Positions 34,350 to 43,889 of a stretch of DNA of 64,000 nucleotides are shown here, piece by piece (within the stretch, counting starts at the first letter, position 1; each line of letters starts with the position of its first letter). Origin of the DNA: a virus; the IMG/VR virus record IMGVR_UViG_3300007734_000751, positions 1 through 64,000 of that record, one strand, 5' to 3'. The notes beneath the pieces were generated by a model, which did no database searches, was not told where the DNA came from, and saw only the letters and a list, made by a program, of their open reading frames with translations. Position numbers and translations under genes: made by a program.

Positions 34350-34874
34350 ATGTTTGAAAGCTTGCCATATGAGCCTCGAAAAATAGAGGCCACAGAAAAG
34401 AATCTCGAACTAATCTACGAGGCCGCGCGCAAAGGACTTAAAGGTGACGCGTTGGCGCTAGCTGCCGGCATGATGCCGGTAGAGTATCGCCGGCTTGTGC
34501 AGTTCGACCCTATCGCTGAGTATGCGGAAACCAAAGGCCGCGCAGACGGCGAGGCTGAGATGGCGAACGTGCTCCGCACAGCCGCGTTGAACGGCGACAC
34601 TAAGGCGGCGCTTGAGATGCTCAAGCACGCGCATGGCTGGGTCGCCAAGCAGGCCGTCAGCGTAGAAGTGAACCAGACCATATCTATTACGGCGGCGCTT
34701 CAGGAGGCGCAGCAACGAGTCATCGAAGGGCAAATCATAGATGCAAACGACTATTTACAGTCCGGAGGAAGAACAGCGTTTGATGGCGACGCTGTGGAAT
34801 CCGGCGCTGAAGGACGACCCGCTGGCCTTCGTGAGATTAGCCTTCCCGTGGAAGAAGCCGAATACGCCCCTTGA
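34350..34874 (+). CDS. terS: Terminase small subunit (probable)
   Basis: Upstream of and overlapping terL; HTH-like N-terminus, ISITAALQEAQQRV C-terminus; start placed at MFESLPY. Confidence 0.7.
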   Translation: MFESLPYEPRKIEATEKNLELIYEAARKGLKGDALALAAGMMPVEYRRLVQFDPIAEYAETKGRADGEAEMANVLRTAALNGDTKAALEMLKHAHGWVAKQAVSVEVNQTISITAALQEAQQRVIEGQIIDANDYLQSGGRTAFDGDAVESGAEGRPAGLREISLPVEEAEYAP

Positions 34875-36267
34875 GCACTTCGAAGGCCCACGCAAATGGC
34901 AGCGCGAGGTGCTCGTTGAACTGCGCGATCACATCCACGCAAACAACGGACGAATAGACTTCGAGACGCTGCGGCTGGCGGTCAGTTCAGGACGCGGTAT
35001 CGGTAAGTCTGCGCTAGTCAGTTGGCTGACAATTTGGATGCTGACCACGCGGATCGGCTCGACGACCATCGTGTCGGCTAACTCGGAAGCGCAGCTCCGT
35101 AGCGTCACCTGGGCCGAGATAACAAAGTGGTTGAGCATGGCGATTCACAGCCACTGGTTCGAGGTATCCGCAACGCGGGTGCTACCGGCTAAGTGGATCG
35201 CGGAGTTGGTCGAACGTGATCTGAAAATGGGAACGCGCTACTGGGGCGTAGAAGGGCGGTTGTGGAGTGCGGAGAATCCTGACGCATACGCTGGTGTGCA
35301 CAACTTCGCGGGTGTCATGCTGGTATTCGATGAGGCGAGCGGAATTGATGATTCTATCTGGTCAGTTGCAGCGGGCTTTTTTACGGAAAATACCCCTAAT
35401 CGCTTTTGGTTGTGCTTCAGCAACCCCCGTCGTAACTCTGGTTACTTTTATGAGTGTTTTAACTCCAAGCGCGACTTCTGGCGAAATAAGATTGTCGATG
35501 CCCGATCTGTCGAAGGGACGGATAAAGCCGTCTACCAGCAAATCATTGACGAGTATGGGCCAGACTCCAGCGCGGCGCATGTCGAAGTCTACGGTCAGTT
35601 CCCCAACGCATCAGACGACCAGTTCATCGGAAACGCGCTGGTTGACGAGGCAATGGAACGTCCCGCTGTCGCCGACCAGTCCGCCCCCATCGTGGTCGGA
35701 GTGGATCCAGCACGCTTTGGGGCCGACGCCACCGTTATAGCCATAAGGCAGGGCAGAGACATCCTAGCCATCAAGCGCTACCGAGGCGACGACACGATGG
35801 AGGTTGTCGGTCGTGTCATCGATGTCATCGAAGAGTTCAAGCCAGCCTTGGTCGTCATCGACGAAGGCGGCTTGGGTGCGGGTGTAGTGGATCGGTTGAA
35901 GGAGCAGCGCTACAAGGTGCGCGGCGTGAACTTCGGCAATAAGAGCACGAAGCCCATGATGTATGGGAACAAGCGCGCTGAGATGTGGGGCGCGATGAAG
36001 GACTGGCTGAAGGACGCGAGCATACCGAAGGATCGCTACTTAAAATCTGACCTCATCGGGCCAATGATGAAGCCGGACTCGAAAGGCACCATATTCCTAG
36101 AGTCTAAGAAGGACATGAAAAGCAGAGGACTGGCGTCTCCAGACGCGGCGGACGCTATCGCGATAACCTTCGCATTTCCCGTAGCTAGACGCGAACAGCG
36201 AGTAGACAACACACGTCGCCTCGCGTATGGTGGCAACGCAGCCTCTTCAGGATGGATGGCAAGCTAA
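34741..36267 (+). CDS. terL: Terminase large subunit
   Basis: SSGRGIGKS Walker A, VFDEASG Walker B, GVDPARFGAD nuclease, SPDAADA. Confidence 0.95.
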   Translation: MQTTIYSPEEEQRLMATLWNPALKDDPLAFVRLAFPWKKPNTPLEHFEGPRKWQREVLVELRDHIHANNGRIDFETLRLAVSSGRGIGKSALVSWLTIWMLTTRIGSTTIVSANSEAQLRSVTWAEITKWLSMAIHSHWFEVSATRVLPAKWIAELVERDLKMGTRYWGVEGRLWSAENPDAYAGVHNFAGVMLVFDEASGIDDSIWSVAAGFFTENTPNRFWLCFSNPRRNSGYFYECFNSKRDFWRNKIVDARSVEGTDKAVYQQIIDEYGPDSSAAHVEVYGQFPNASDDQFIGNALVDEAMERPAVADQSAPIVVGVDPARFGADATVIAIRQGRDILAIKRYRGDDTMEVVGRVIDVIEEFKPALVVIDEGGLGAGVVDRLKEQRYKVRGVNFGNKSTKPMMYGNKRAEMWGAMKDWLKDASIPKDRYLKSDLIGPMMKPDSKGTIFLESKKDMKSRGLASPDAADAIAITFAFPVARREQRVDNTRRLAYGGNAASSGWMAS

Positions 36268-36518
36268 TGGTATCATTATCTGTAGGTCGTGGCGAGAAGC
36301 TATCGACGAAAGCGGGGGCTGGACTGACAGCCAAAGGCCGCGCTAAATACAATAAAGCCACTGGCAGCAAGTTAAAAGCGCCAGCTCCGAATCCTAAGAC
36401 CGAAGCAGATAAGGGCCGTAAGGCTAGTTTTTGTGCGCGCATGGGCGGCGTAGTCGCTAAGTCTAAGAACGCAGACCGCGCTAAAGCATCAATGAAAAGG
36501 TGGAACTGTGGCAAGTAA
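36267..36518 (+). CDS. Small basic protein
   Basis: GLTAKGRAKYN...RKASFCARM...RWNC; TAATG coupling to terL. Confidence 0.7.
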   Translation: MVSLSVGRGEKLSTKAGAGLTAKGRAKYNKATGSKLKAPAPNPKTEADKGRKASFCARMGGVVAKSKNADRAKASMKRWNCGK

Positions 36519-36657
36519 GCCAGGGCTATACGCCAACATACACGCTAAACGCGCGCGCATCGCAGCCGGATCGGGTGAGAAGATGCGTAAGGTCGGCGCT
36601 AAAGGCGCACCGACAGCGAAAGCGTTTAAAGAATCCGCTAAGACGAGGAAAAAATAA
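36508..36657 (+). CDS. 49-aa basic protein (not in ORF track)
   Basis: GTG start; KPGLYANIHAKRARIAAGSGEKMRK.G.KGAPTAKAFKESAKT. Confidence 0.7.
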   Translation: MASKPGLYANIHAKRARIAAGSGEKMRKVGAKGAPTAKAFKESAKTRKK

Positions 36658-36821
36658 TGCCTCTAGTTAAGTCCACATCTAAGAACGCCTTTCGGAAAAA
36701 TATCAAAGCTGAAGTCGCTGCCGGTAAGCCGGTCAAGCAAGCCGTTGCAATCGCGTATGCTACTAAGCGTAGCGCAGCGGCTAAGAAAGGCGGCATGAGC
36801 AAGAAAAGCGGTAAATGCTAA
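36657..36821 (+). CDS. 54-aa basic protein (not in ORF track)
   Basis: MPLVKSTSKNAFRKNIKAEVAAGKPVKQAVAIAY; coupled start/stop. Confidence 0.72.
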   Translation: MPLVKSTSKNAFRKNIKAEVAAGKPVKQAVAIAYATKRSAAAKKGGMSKKSGKC

Positions 36822-37378
36822 TCTACGACGTTGGCATACCGTGCCGCAAAGGACACACAACAGGCCGATATACAGTCAGCCGCAAGTGCGTTCAATGCGC
36901 TAAAGATACGGCATTGGCGTGGAATAAAGCTAATCCTGAACGCTATAAAGAGATAAAACGTAAGTCGCGCGACCCCGAAAAAGAATCGGAAAGATATCGC
37001 AAATGGCGGCTAGAAAATCCCGATAAAGTAAAAGCCAAAAATGCTAATTGGCGTGATAAGAATTGGGATAAGTATTTAGATATATCGGCAAGTTGGAAAC
37101 GACGAAATCGCGGGCATACAAACGCTAAGACTAAAGAGCGACGACTATCTCAGATACAACGCACGCCGAAATGGCTGACAGATCAAGATTTTGCTGATAT
37201 AAAGAAATTCTATGATTTGGCCCATGAACTTTCGCAGGCTTACGGCTTTCCTTGGCATGTAGATCATATTATACCATTACAAGGTAAAACCGTTTCAGGA
37301 TTGCATGTAGTCGATAATCTCCAAGTTATTCCTGGGTCGGAAAATTCTCGAAAAGGCAATAGATTCTATGGCTGCTAG
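36815..37378 (+). CDS. HNH endonuclease (homing-type)
   Basis: PC.KGH...C..C N-terminus; HVDHIIPLQG..VSGLHV..NLQVI...EN..KGN. Confidence 0.88.
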   Translation: MLIYDVGIPCRKGHTTGRYTVSRKCVQCAKDTALAWNKANPERYKEIKRKSRDPEKESERYRKWRLENPDKVKAKNANWRDKNWDKYLDISASWKRRNRGHTNAKTKERRLSQIQRTPKWLTDQDFADIKKFYDLAHELSQAYGFPWHVDHIIPLQGKTVSGLHVVDNLQVIPGSENSRKGNRFYGC

Positions 37379-39497
37379 TGACGTTGAAGGAGCCGGAAAA
37401 GTCTCCGATACCCCAGACCATGATCGTCTGGCTACTATGCGGCATCGCTTTACCGTTGCCTCTGCCGCTTATAGCGATTCACGGGAAGACGAATTAGATG
37501 ACCTTCGTTTTATGGCCGGAAGTCCTGACAACAGTTGGCAGTGGCCAGCCGACGTCTTGGCGACCAGAGGCGCGGTGCAGGGCCAGACGATCAACGCGCG
37601 GCCATGCCTGACGATTAACAAGCTGCCACAGCATGTTAGGCTGGTAACAAATGAACAACGACAGAACCGCCCCTCCGGCAAAGTCATCCCAGCGGACGAT
37701 AAAGCCGACGTCGCGGTCGCAGAAGTCTTTCAAGGTATTGTCAGACACATCGAATATTTGTCGGACGCGGACGTTGCTTATGATACCGCCTGCGACAATC
37801 AAGTTACCTACGGCGAAGGTTATATCCGAATCCTTACGGAATATTGCCGCGAAGACTCGTTTGACCAAGACCTGAAGATCGGTCGCGTTCGCAACAGCTT
37901 CAGCGTCTATATGGATCCGATGATTCACGATCCATGCGGATCAGACGCCGAGTGGTGCTTCATAACCGAAGACATTCCGAAAGAAGAGTATGAGCGTCTT
38001 TATCCTGACGCGCTGCCGATTTCTGTGATGATGTCGCAGGGCGTTGGCGATCAGTCACTTAGCATGTGGATGAGCCAGGAAACCGTCCGTATTGCTGAGT
38101 ATTTTTATATCGAACATCAGAAGCGCAAGCTGAACCTGTATCCAGACAATATGACGGCGTTCGATGGCACGCCGCTGGATAAGCAGCTCAAGGCGATGTT
38201 TGGCAAGCCGCTGAAATCTCGCACAAGCGAGCATCGTCAGGTGAAATGGCTAAAGACCAACGGCTTCGAGGTTCTTGAAGAGCGCGATTGGGCGGGTAAA
38301 TGGATTCCTGTCATCCGCGTGGTTGGCAATGAGTTTGAGGTAGACGGGCAGTTATACATCAGCGGTTTGGTGCGAAACGCCAAAGACGCGCAGCGCATGT
38401 ATAACTACTGGGTCAGCCAGGAAGCAGAGATGCTGGCGCTGGCTCCGAAAGCACCGTTTATCGGATATGGGGGTCAGTTTGAAGGATACGAAACAAACTG
38501 GAAAACGGCCAATACGAACAACTGGCCCTACCTCGAAGTCAACCCCGACGTCACCGATGGCGCTGGAAATCCTCTGCCATTACCTGAACGCGCGCAGCCA
38601 CCTATGGCGCAAACCGGCCTTATCCAGGCCAAAATGGGCGCTGGGGAAGATATCAAATCCACCACGGGTCAATACGACAGCTCCATTGGTGCGACCAGTA
38701 ACGAGAGGACGGGTCGTGCGATTTTGGCTCGGCAAAACCAAGGCGATACCTCCACATACCACTATGTGGACAATCTCGCCCGTGCGGTCAGATATACGAC
38801 AAGACAACTGGTAGATCTGATCCCTAAGATCTACGACACGGAACGCGTGGCACGCATCGTCGGACTCGACGGCGAAGTGGGTATGGTGAAAATCAACCCA
38901 AATCAGCCTGAACCAGTGCGCGTCATCAAGGATCCGATCACGGGTCTGGACATTGAAAAGATCTACAACCCATCGGTCGGCACATACGACGTGGTAGTGA
39001 CGACAGGCCCAAGCTACGCGACCAAGCGCCAAGAGGCGATGGAAGCGATGCAGATGATCTTGCAGACCAACCCGCAGCTCTGGGGTGTGGCAGGCGACCT
39101 GTTCATCAAGAACATGGACTGGCCTGGAGCGCAGGAAATGGCGGCTCGGTTCGCCAAGACGCTCGATCCGAAGGTTCTGGATAATACGGATGAGTCGCCA
39201 GAAGCGCAGATGATGCGCGCTCAGATGAACGACATGGCGAACCAGATGGAACAGACTGCGGCGTTGGTTCAGCAACTGCAACAGTCTTACGATATGCAGA
39301 AACTGGCGATTGACGAGCAAAATACGCAGATTAAGGCGTATGACGCAGAGACAAAACGTCTTCAGGCCATGCAAAGCGGGCTGTCGCCTGAACAGATCCA
39401 AGACATCGTAATGGGAACGGTCGCAGCGGCGATGGATACGGGCGATATTGTCCCGCGTAACACGCCGATGCAACCACAACTGCCAGGATTAGAATAA
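37368..39497 (+). CDS. Portal protein (P22-like); spans the A/B junction
   Basis: RPCLTINKL, GLVRNAKDAQRMYNY, SGKA-like TGRAILARQ, YDVVVTTGPSY. Confidence 0.93.
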   Translation: MAASDVEGAGKVSDTPDHDRLATMRHRFTVASAAYSDSREDELDDLRFMAGSPDNSWQWPADVLATRGAVQGQTINARPCLTINKLPQHVRLVTNEQRQNRPSGKVIPADDKADVAVAEVFQGIVRHIEYLSDADVAYDTACDNQVTYGEGYIRILTEYCREDSFDQDLKIGRVRNSFSVYMDPMIHDPCGSDAEWCFITEDIPKEEYERLYPDALPISVMMSQGVGDQSLSMWMSQETVRIAEYFYIEHQKRKLNLYPDNMTAFDGTPLDKQLKAMFGKPLKSRTSEHRQVKWLKTNGFEVLEERDWAGKWIPVIRVVGNEFEVDGQLYISGLVRNAKDAQRMYNYWVSQEAEMLALAPKAPFIGYGGQFEGYETNWKTANTNNWPYLEVNPDVTDGAGNPLPLPERAQPPMAQTGLIQAKMGAGEDIKSTTGQYDSSIGATSNERTGRAILARQNQGDTSTYHYVDNLARAVRYTTRQLVDLIPKIYDTERVARIVGLDGEVGMVKINPNQPEPVRVIKDPITGLDIEKIYNPSVGTYDVVVTTGPSYATKRQEAMEAMQMILQTNPQLWGVAGDLFIKNMDWPGAQEMAARFAKTLDPKVLDNTDESPEAQMMRAQMNDMANQMEQTAALVQQLQQSYDMQKLAIDEQNTQIKAYDAETKRLQAMQSGLSPEQIQDIVMGTVAAAMDTGDIVPRNTPMQPQLPGLE
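38597..38723 (+). repeat. 127-bp exact direct repeat, copy 2
   Basis: Identical to 1-127. Confidence 0.93.
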
Positions 39498-39859
39498 TGA
39501 GCTGCGGGGATCTGATAGGCCACCTCTTCTTAGCCCGCGATGTGACTCATAGCGTGCATCTAAACACCCGTTCTTATGCAAAACATAAGGCTCTGGGCGG
39601 TTTTTATGAGAATGTGATCGAATTAGCGGACGATTTGGCCGAAGCCTATCAAGGCAGACATGGCCTAATCGGGCCGATTACGCTTCATTCAGCCAAGAAA
39701 ACGGGCAATGTTATCGAGTTTCTTGAAGATTCACTGAAAGATGTTGAAGATCTTCGCTATAAAGTCTGTGAAAAGGACGATACGGCGATCCAAAACATTA
39801 TCGATGAGATAGTTGGTCTTTATCTCAAAACCCTGTATAAATTGAAATTCCTAGCGTGA
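39497..39859 (+). CDS. Ferritin/Dps-like protein (B)
   Basis: Near-identical to 901-1,263. Confidence 0.65.
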   Translation: MSCGDLIGHLFLARDVTHSVHLNTRSYAKHKALGGFYENVIELADDLAEAYQGRHGLIGPITLHSAKKTGNVIEFLEDSLKDVEDLRYKVCEKDDTAIQNIIDEIVGLYLKTLYKLKFLA

Positions 39860-39866
39860 GGAAATC

Positions 39867-40136
39867 ATGGCTTATTATGCACATCTGACCGCCACAACAC
39901 AGCTTAAGGTCGGTCTTGGCAAGCTGAAAGGCATTTTTGCCAGCTCTGGCTCATCGCCAACAGTAGCTGTTTACGACACGCCTGACGGCGACACGAATGA
40001 CCCTATCGTAATCGCTCAATTCACGGCTGCAACGCCTGGAAATTATGTGTTTACGGCGGAAGGTATCAGCTTAAATAACGGCCTTTACGTTGTTCTAGGC
40101 GGAACAAACCCGAAGGTTACAATCCTTTTCGAGTAA
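39867..40136 (+). CDS. Small virion-associated protein (B)
   Basis: Homolog of 1,271-1,540. Confidence 0.6.
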   Translation: MAYYAHLTATTQLKVGLGKLKGIFASSGSSPTVAVYDTPDGDTNDPIVIAQFTAATPGNYVFTAEGISLNNGLYVVLGGTNPKVTILFE

Positions 40137-40141
40137 TCTAA

Positions 40142-42718
40142 ATGGCCTTTATTTATAATCTTACTGACACTTGGAATGACGTTACAACTACATGGAACGG
40201 CATTAAATTAGCCGTTACCGACTCTGGTTCGTCATCGACTTCCAAACTCCTGAATTTAACGATTTCTGGCTCGTCAACGGGCTATTTTTATGTCGATAAA
40301 AGCGGAAATCTGACGCTTTCAGGAACTGTCAATAAGGTTACTTTAACGGCTCCAGCTACCAGCGCAACGCTTACGCTGGCTGATGGCTCTACTTTTGCGA
40401 CTTCTGGCGCTTATACGAGCACTTTTACCTTCACCGGCACGACTGCGCTGACGTTCCCAACGAGCGGCACGGTTACAGCGCTCGGTAACTCAACAACTGG
40501 CTCTGGTAGCATCGTCCTTCAGTCAAGCCCAACTCTGGTCACGCCTAATCTTGGCACGCCATCATTTGCAACGCTTACAAATGCTACTGGTCTGCCGATC
40601 TCGTCAGGTGTTAGCGGTCTTGGCACCAATGTGGCAACGGCGCTTGGCGTAAGTGTCGGCACAGACGGCGCATTTGTTGTAAAAGGCGGGGCGTTAGGCA
40701 CACCATCGTCAGGTAATTTATCAAGCTGCACAGGTTATGTCGTCGGTAATCTATCTGGCCTCGGCACAGGCGTAGCGACATGGCTTGCGACGCCATCTAG
40801 CGCCAATTTAGCAGCCGCTGTCACGGATGAGACAGGATCAGGCTCATTAGTTTTCGCTACATCACCAACCCTCGTTACACCTGCACTTGGGACGCCATCT
40901 TCGGCGACGCTAACCAATGCGACGGGATTACCTATTAGCACAGGCGTTAGCGGCCTTGGGACAGGTGTTGCGACGTTCTTGGCGACGCCGACGAGCGCGA
41001 ATCTCGCGGCGGCTGTCACGAATGAAACAGGATCTGGGCCTCTAGTCTTCGCAACCAGCCCGACTTTCACGTCTCAGGTTACGCTTGGCACGGCTAGTTC
41101 GACACGCGGCACGTTGGTTCTTGCTAATACAAGCGCCAATACGGTCACGCTACAATCCTCAAATACCACCGCAGCGGCTTACACGCTGACGTTCCCAGCG
41201 GCTGCGCCTGTTAATGGTTACTACCTTCAGACCGACAATCTTGGCGTCCTATCTTGGGCGGCAGGGGGCGGCGGTGGCGGTGGGTCACCTGGCGGGTCTA
41301 ACACGCAGGTTCAGTTTAACGATTCCGCGACATTCGGCGGCGAAGCTGCTTTTACATATACTAAAGCAACATACACGCTTGGGCTTGGCGTTGCCTCTAC
41401 ATCTACTGGCACATTCAGCCTTTATAACTCAGCCAGCGCCAATTCTGTTAGCTTAAAGTCAGGCAATAATAGCGTCGCTTGGTCGTTGACCTTACCTACG
41501 ACCGCAGGCACAGCTAATTACTTCCTGCAAACTGACGGCTCTGGCAACACCACATGGGCTGCGGCTGCGGCAGGCACGATCAACACCGGCACAGTCGGTC
41601 AGATCACCTATTACAGCGGCACAAACACGCTGTCTGGCACAACTACTGGCACGGGTGTCTTAACGGCTCTTGGTAACAACACGAACACCGCTGGCGGCGT
41701 TCTTGTTCCTGCGGCAGCTCTTACAGCAAGTGCTATCGTTCTTGGCGGCGGGTCTGGTACCGGCCCAGCTACGACGACAACAGGCACAGGCGTCATCACA
41801 GCCATCGGCAATGCTGTTAATACGGCAGGCGGTTTGTTAGCCCCTGCGGCAGCTCTCACTGCAAGCTCTCTTGTTGTCGGCGGAGGTTCTGGCACTGGCC
41901 CGTCAACGATAACGACCGGCACGGGCGTTGTTACGGCTCTCGGTGTCAACACAGGATCTGCCGGAGCGTTTGTCGTCAACGGCGGCGCGCTCGGCACACC
42001 GTCATCTGGCACACTCTCAAGCTGCACAGGGTTATCTCTTACAACTGGCGTTTCTGGCGTTCTTCCTGTCGCTAACGGCGGCACGAACGCATCTTCAGCC
42101 GGTATTACAGCGTTTAATAATATTACGGGTTACACAGCGGCGGGCGCGACAGGAACCACAAGCACCAATCTTGTGTTTTCGACCAGCCCGACACTTGTTA
42201 CGCCGGTTCTTGGTGCAGCAACAGCTACAAGCATCAACGGTCTGACGATCACATCGTCTACTGGCACGCTGACCGTTACTAACGGTAAAACGGCTTCTTT
42301 CAGTAACTCGATAACCTTTGCGGGCACTGATTCTACAACGATGACGTTCCCTGCAACGTCGTCGACAGTGCTTACGACAGGCAATACCGCTACAATTACA
42401 AAAGGCTATACTGTAACGCCATATAGCATTGGCACTGTATCTAGTGGCACATCAACGCCAGATCCGGCAAACGGTAACTATCAATATCTGACGAATGGCG
42501 GCGCATTTACTTTGGCAGCTCCGTCATCTGATTGTGCTATTGATATTCTTGTTATTAATGGCGCATCTTCAGGAGCTATTACTTTTAGTGGATTCAAAAC
42601 ACCTGGGACGGGTGTAACAGGAGCTACTTACGCTACTACCAATAGCACTTGGTGGGTTCTATCTATTCGCCGAACTAATAGTGTATCCACATATTCTTGG
42701 AATGGGCCTTGGACGTAA
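40142..42718 (+). CDS. Tail fibre (B), different repeat content and C-terminus
   Basis: Shared N-terminal and middle blocks with 1,546-3,888. Confidence 0.85.
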   Translation: MAFIYNLTDTWNDVTTTWNGIKLAVTDSGSSSTSKLLNLTISGSSTGYFYVDKSGNLTLSGTVNKVTLTAPATSATLTLADGSTFATSGAYTSTFTFTGTTALTFPTSGTVTALGNSTTGSGSIVLQSSPTLVTPNLGTPSFATLTNATGLPISSGVSGLGTNVATALGVSVGTDGAFVVKGGALGTPSSGNLSSCTGYVVGNLSGLGTGVATWLATPSSANLAAAVTDETGSGSLVFATSPTLVTPALGTPSSATLTNATGLPISTGVSGLGTGVATFLATPTSANLAAAVTNETGSGPLVFATSPTFTSQVTLGTASSTRGTLVLANTSANTVTLQSSNTTAAAYTLTFPAAAPVNGYYLQTDNLGVLSWAAGGGGGGGSPGGSNTQVQFNDSATFGGEAAFTYTKATYTLGLGVASTSTGTFSLYNSASANSVSLKSGNNSVAWSLTLPTTAGTANYFLQTDGSGNTTWAAAAAGTINTGTVGQITYYSGTNTLSGTTTGTGVLTALGNNTNTAGGVLVPAAALTASAIVLGGGSGTGPATTTTGTGVITAIGNAVNTAGGLLAPAAALTASSLVVGGGSGTGPSTITTGTGVVTALGVNTGSAGAFVVNGGALGTPSSGTLSSCTGLSLTTGVSGVLPVANGGTNASSAGITAFNNITGYTAAGATGTTSTNLVFSTSPTLVTPVLGAATATSINGLTITSSTGTLTVTNGKTASFSNSITFAGTDSTTMTFPATSSTVLTTGNTATITKGYTVTPYSIGTVSSGTSTPDPANGNYQYLTNGGAFTLAAPSSDCAIDILVINGASSGAITFSGFKTPGTGVTGATYATTNSTWWVLSIRRTNSVSTYSWNGPWT

Positions 42719-43887
42719 TGTTATATGAACGGCATTTTGAGTGTAAAACCAGAGGGTTAGTTCAAGGGCCAACTAGTTTAGATGGCTTTCCTGGCGCTGT
42801 AACGTCCATAAAAACACCAAAACAATTTCGTTTTATAAATAAACGCGAATTTTTTGTTGAGGATTTTTTTAAAGATTTGCGTGAAGAAAATCAGCCTTGG
42901 ATTAGAACATATAAAATTGTTATTCGTTCACATGAAAGCAAAGAAGAGATATGGGTTCGCCCTTTTGCGGATAAGTCCGAATGTTTTCTAATTTGGGCGC
43001 GTTTGATTGGTATGGATTTAGAACGCCTACCGACCGATAAACCGTTTGTCTGTCCGACTATTTGGATAGATGGTGAGATAGAATATTTGTTTGCTACAGT
43101 TGACCAATTTACTACTGTTGGGACTTTTACTTGGTCGCCAACAGGTAATGTTGTCGCTACAGATTATCTTATAGTTGCTGGCGGGGCTTCTGGCGGCGGC
43201 GCACCTACAGGTAGTTATGGCGGCGCGGGTGGGGGAGGCGGCGGCGAACTTAAAACAACGACAAACTATACGTTTACTACTAAAACCGTTGTAGTTGGAA
43301 ATTATGGCGCTGCTTCGGGAGCGGGACAGAATAATGGTAATCCTGGGTATGATAGCTCTTTTGATGGAATAACATCAAAAGGCGGTGGCTATGGTTCAAA
43401 AGCATATGGCACTGGCGGCGCTGCTTCAGCTAGTGGCGGAACTGCGGCTTGTGGAGGCGGCGGCTCAAATGGTAGTGGCGGTACTGGGTCTAAATATAGC
43501 GGTGGTACAGGAGCGGATGGCGGCGGCGGCGGGGCTGGAGATAGCCAAAATGGTGTAAGCGGAAGCGGGGCAAATGGCGGTAACGGCGGAAACGGCACTT
43601 CTAGTTCTTTAACGGGATCTTCAGTTGCTTATTCTGGCGGCGGCGGCGGCGGCGCATATCAATCTGGCACCGTTGGCGCGGCAGGAAACGCGGCGGCTAC
43701 TGCTGGTGCGGCAAATCTTGCTAGTAGTTCTAACGCTACTGCAAATAGAGGTGGCGGGTCTGGCGGCGGCGGCGGAACTTTTACATCTGGTACAACTGGA
43801 TCGGGTAACGGCGGCACAGGATTTGTGGCGTTAAGCTATACACCTATTACGCTTGTAGTTCGCAATATGCCAATGTTAGGAATGTAG
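42718..43887 (+). CDS. Glycine-rich receptor-binding protein (B)
   Basis: DYLIVAGGASGG, GGGGGG runs, GNGGTGFVAL; TAATG coupling gives start 42,718. Confidence 0.72.
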   Translation: MLYERHFECKTRGLVQGPTSLDGFPGAVTSIKTPKQFRFINKREFFVEDFFKDLREENQPWIRTYKIVIRSHESKEEIWVRPFADKSECFLIWARLIGMDLERLPTDKPFVCPTIWIDGEIEYLFATVDQFTTVGTFTWSPTGNVVATDYLIVAGGASGGGAPTGSYGGAGGGGGGELKTTTNYTFTTKTVVVGNYGAASGAGQNNGNPGYDSSFDGITSKGGGYGSKAYGTGGAASASGGTAACGGGGSNGSGGTGSKYSGGTGADGGGGGAGDSQNGVSGSGANGGNGGNGTSSSLTGSSVAYSGGGGGGAYQSGTVGAAGNAAATAGAANLASSSNATANRGGGSGGGGGTFTSGTTGSGNGGTGFVALSYTPITLVVRNMPMLGM

Positions 43888-43889
43888 AA

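Larger units (their letters stand above)
1..38596. mobile_element. Phage genome unit A, complete circular permutation opened in the portal gene (P22-like podovirus)
   Basis: Full set of packaging, head, tail, lysis and replication genes; sequence at 38,597 restarts with the same bases as position 1. Confidence 0.93.

Noticed and set aside
25074-36267. Introns or inteins in polA, primase or terL
   Set aside because: Continuous ORFs of ordinary length with no splicing motifs seen
1-38596. Integrated tandem prophages
   Set aside because: No host genes, integrase or att-like junction; the join lies inside the portal gene
38580-39479. 299-aa antisense ORF inside the portal
   Set aside because: Shorter in unit A (168 aa) and takes amino-acid changes from the portal's synonymous sites; a shadow ORF
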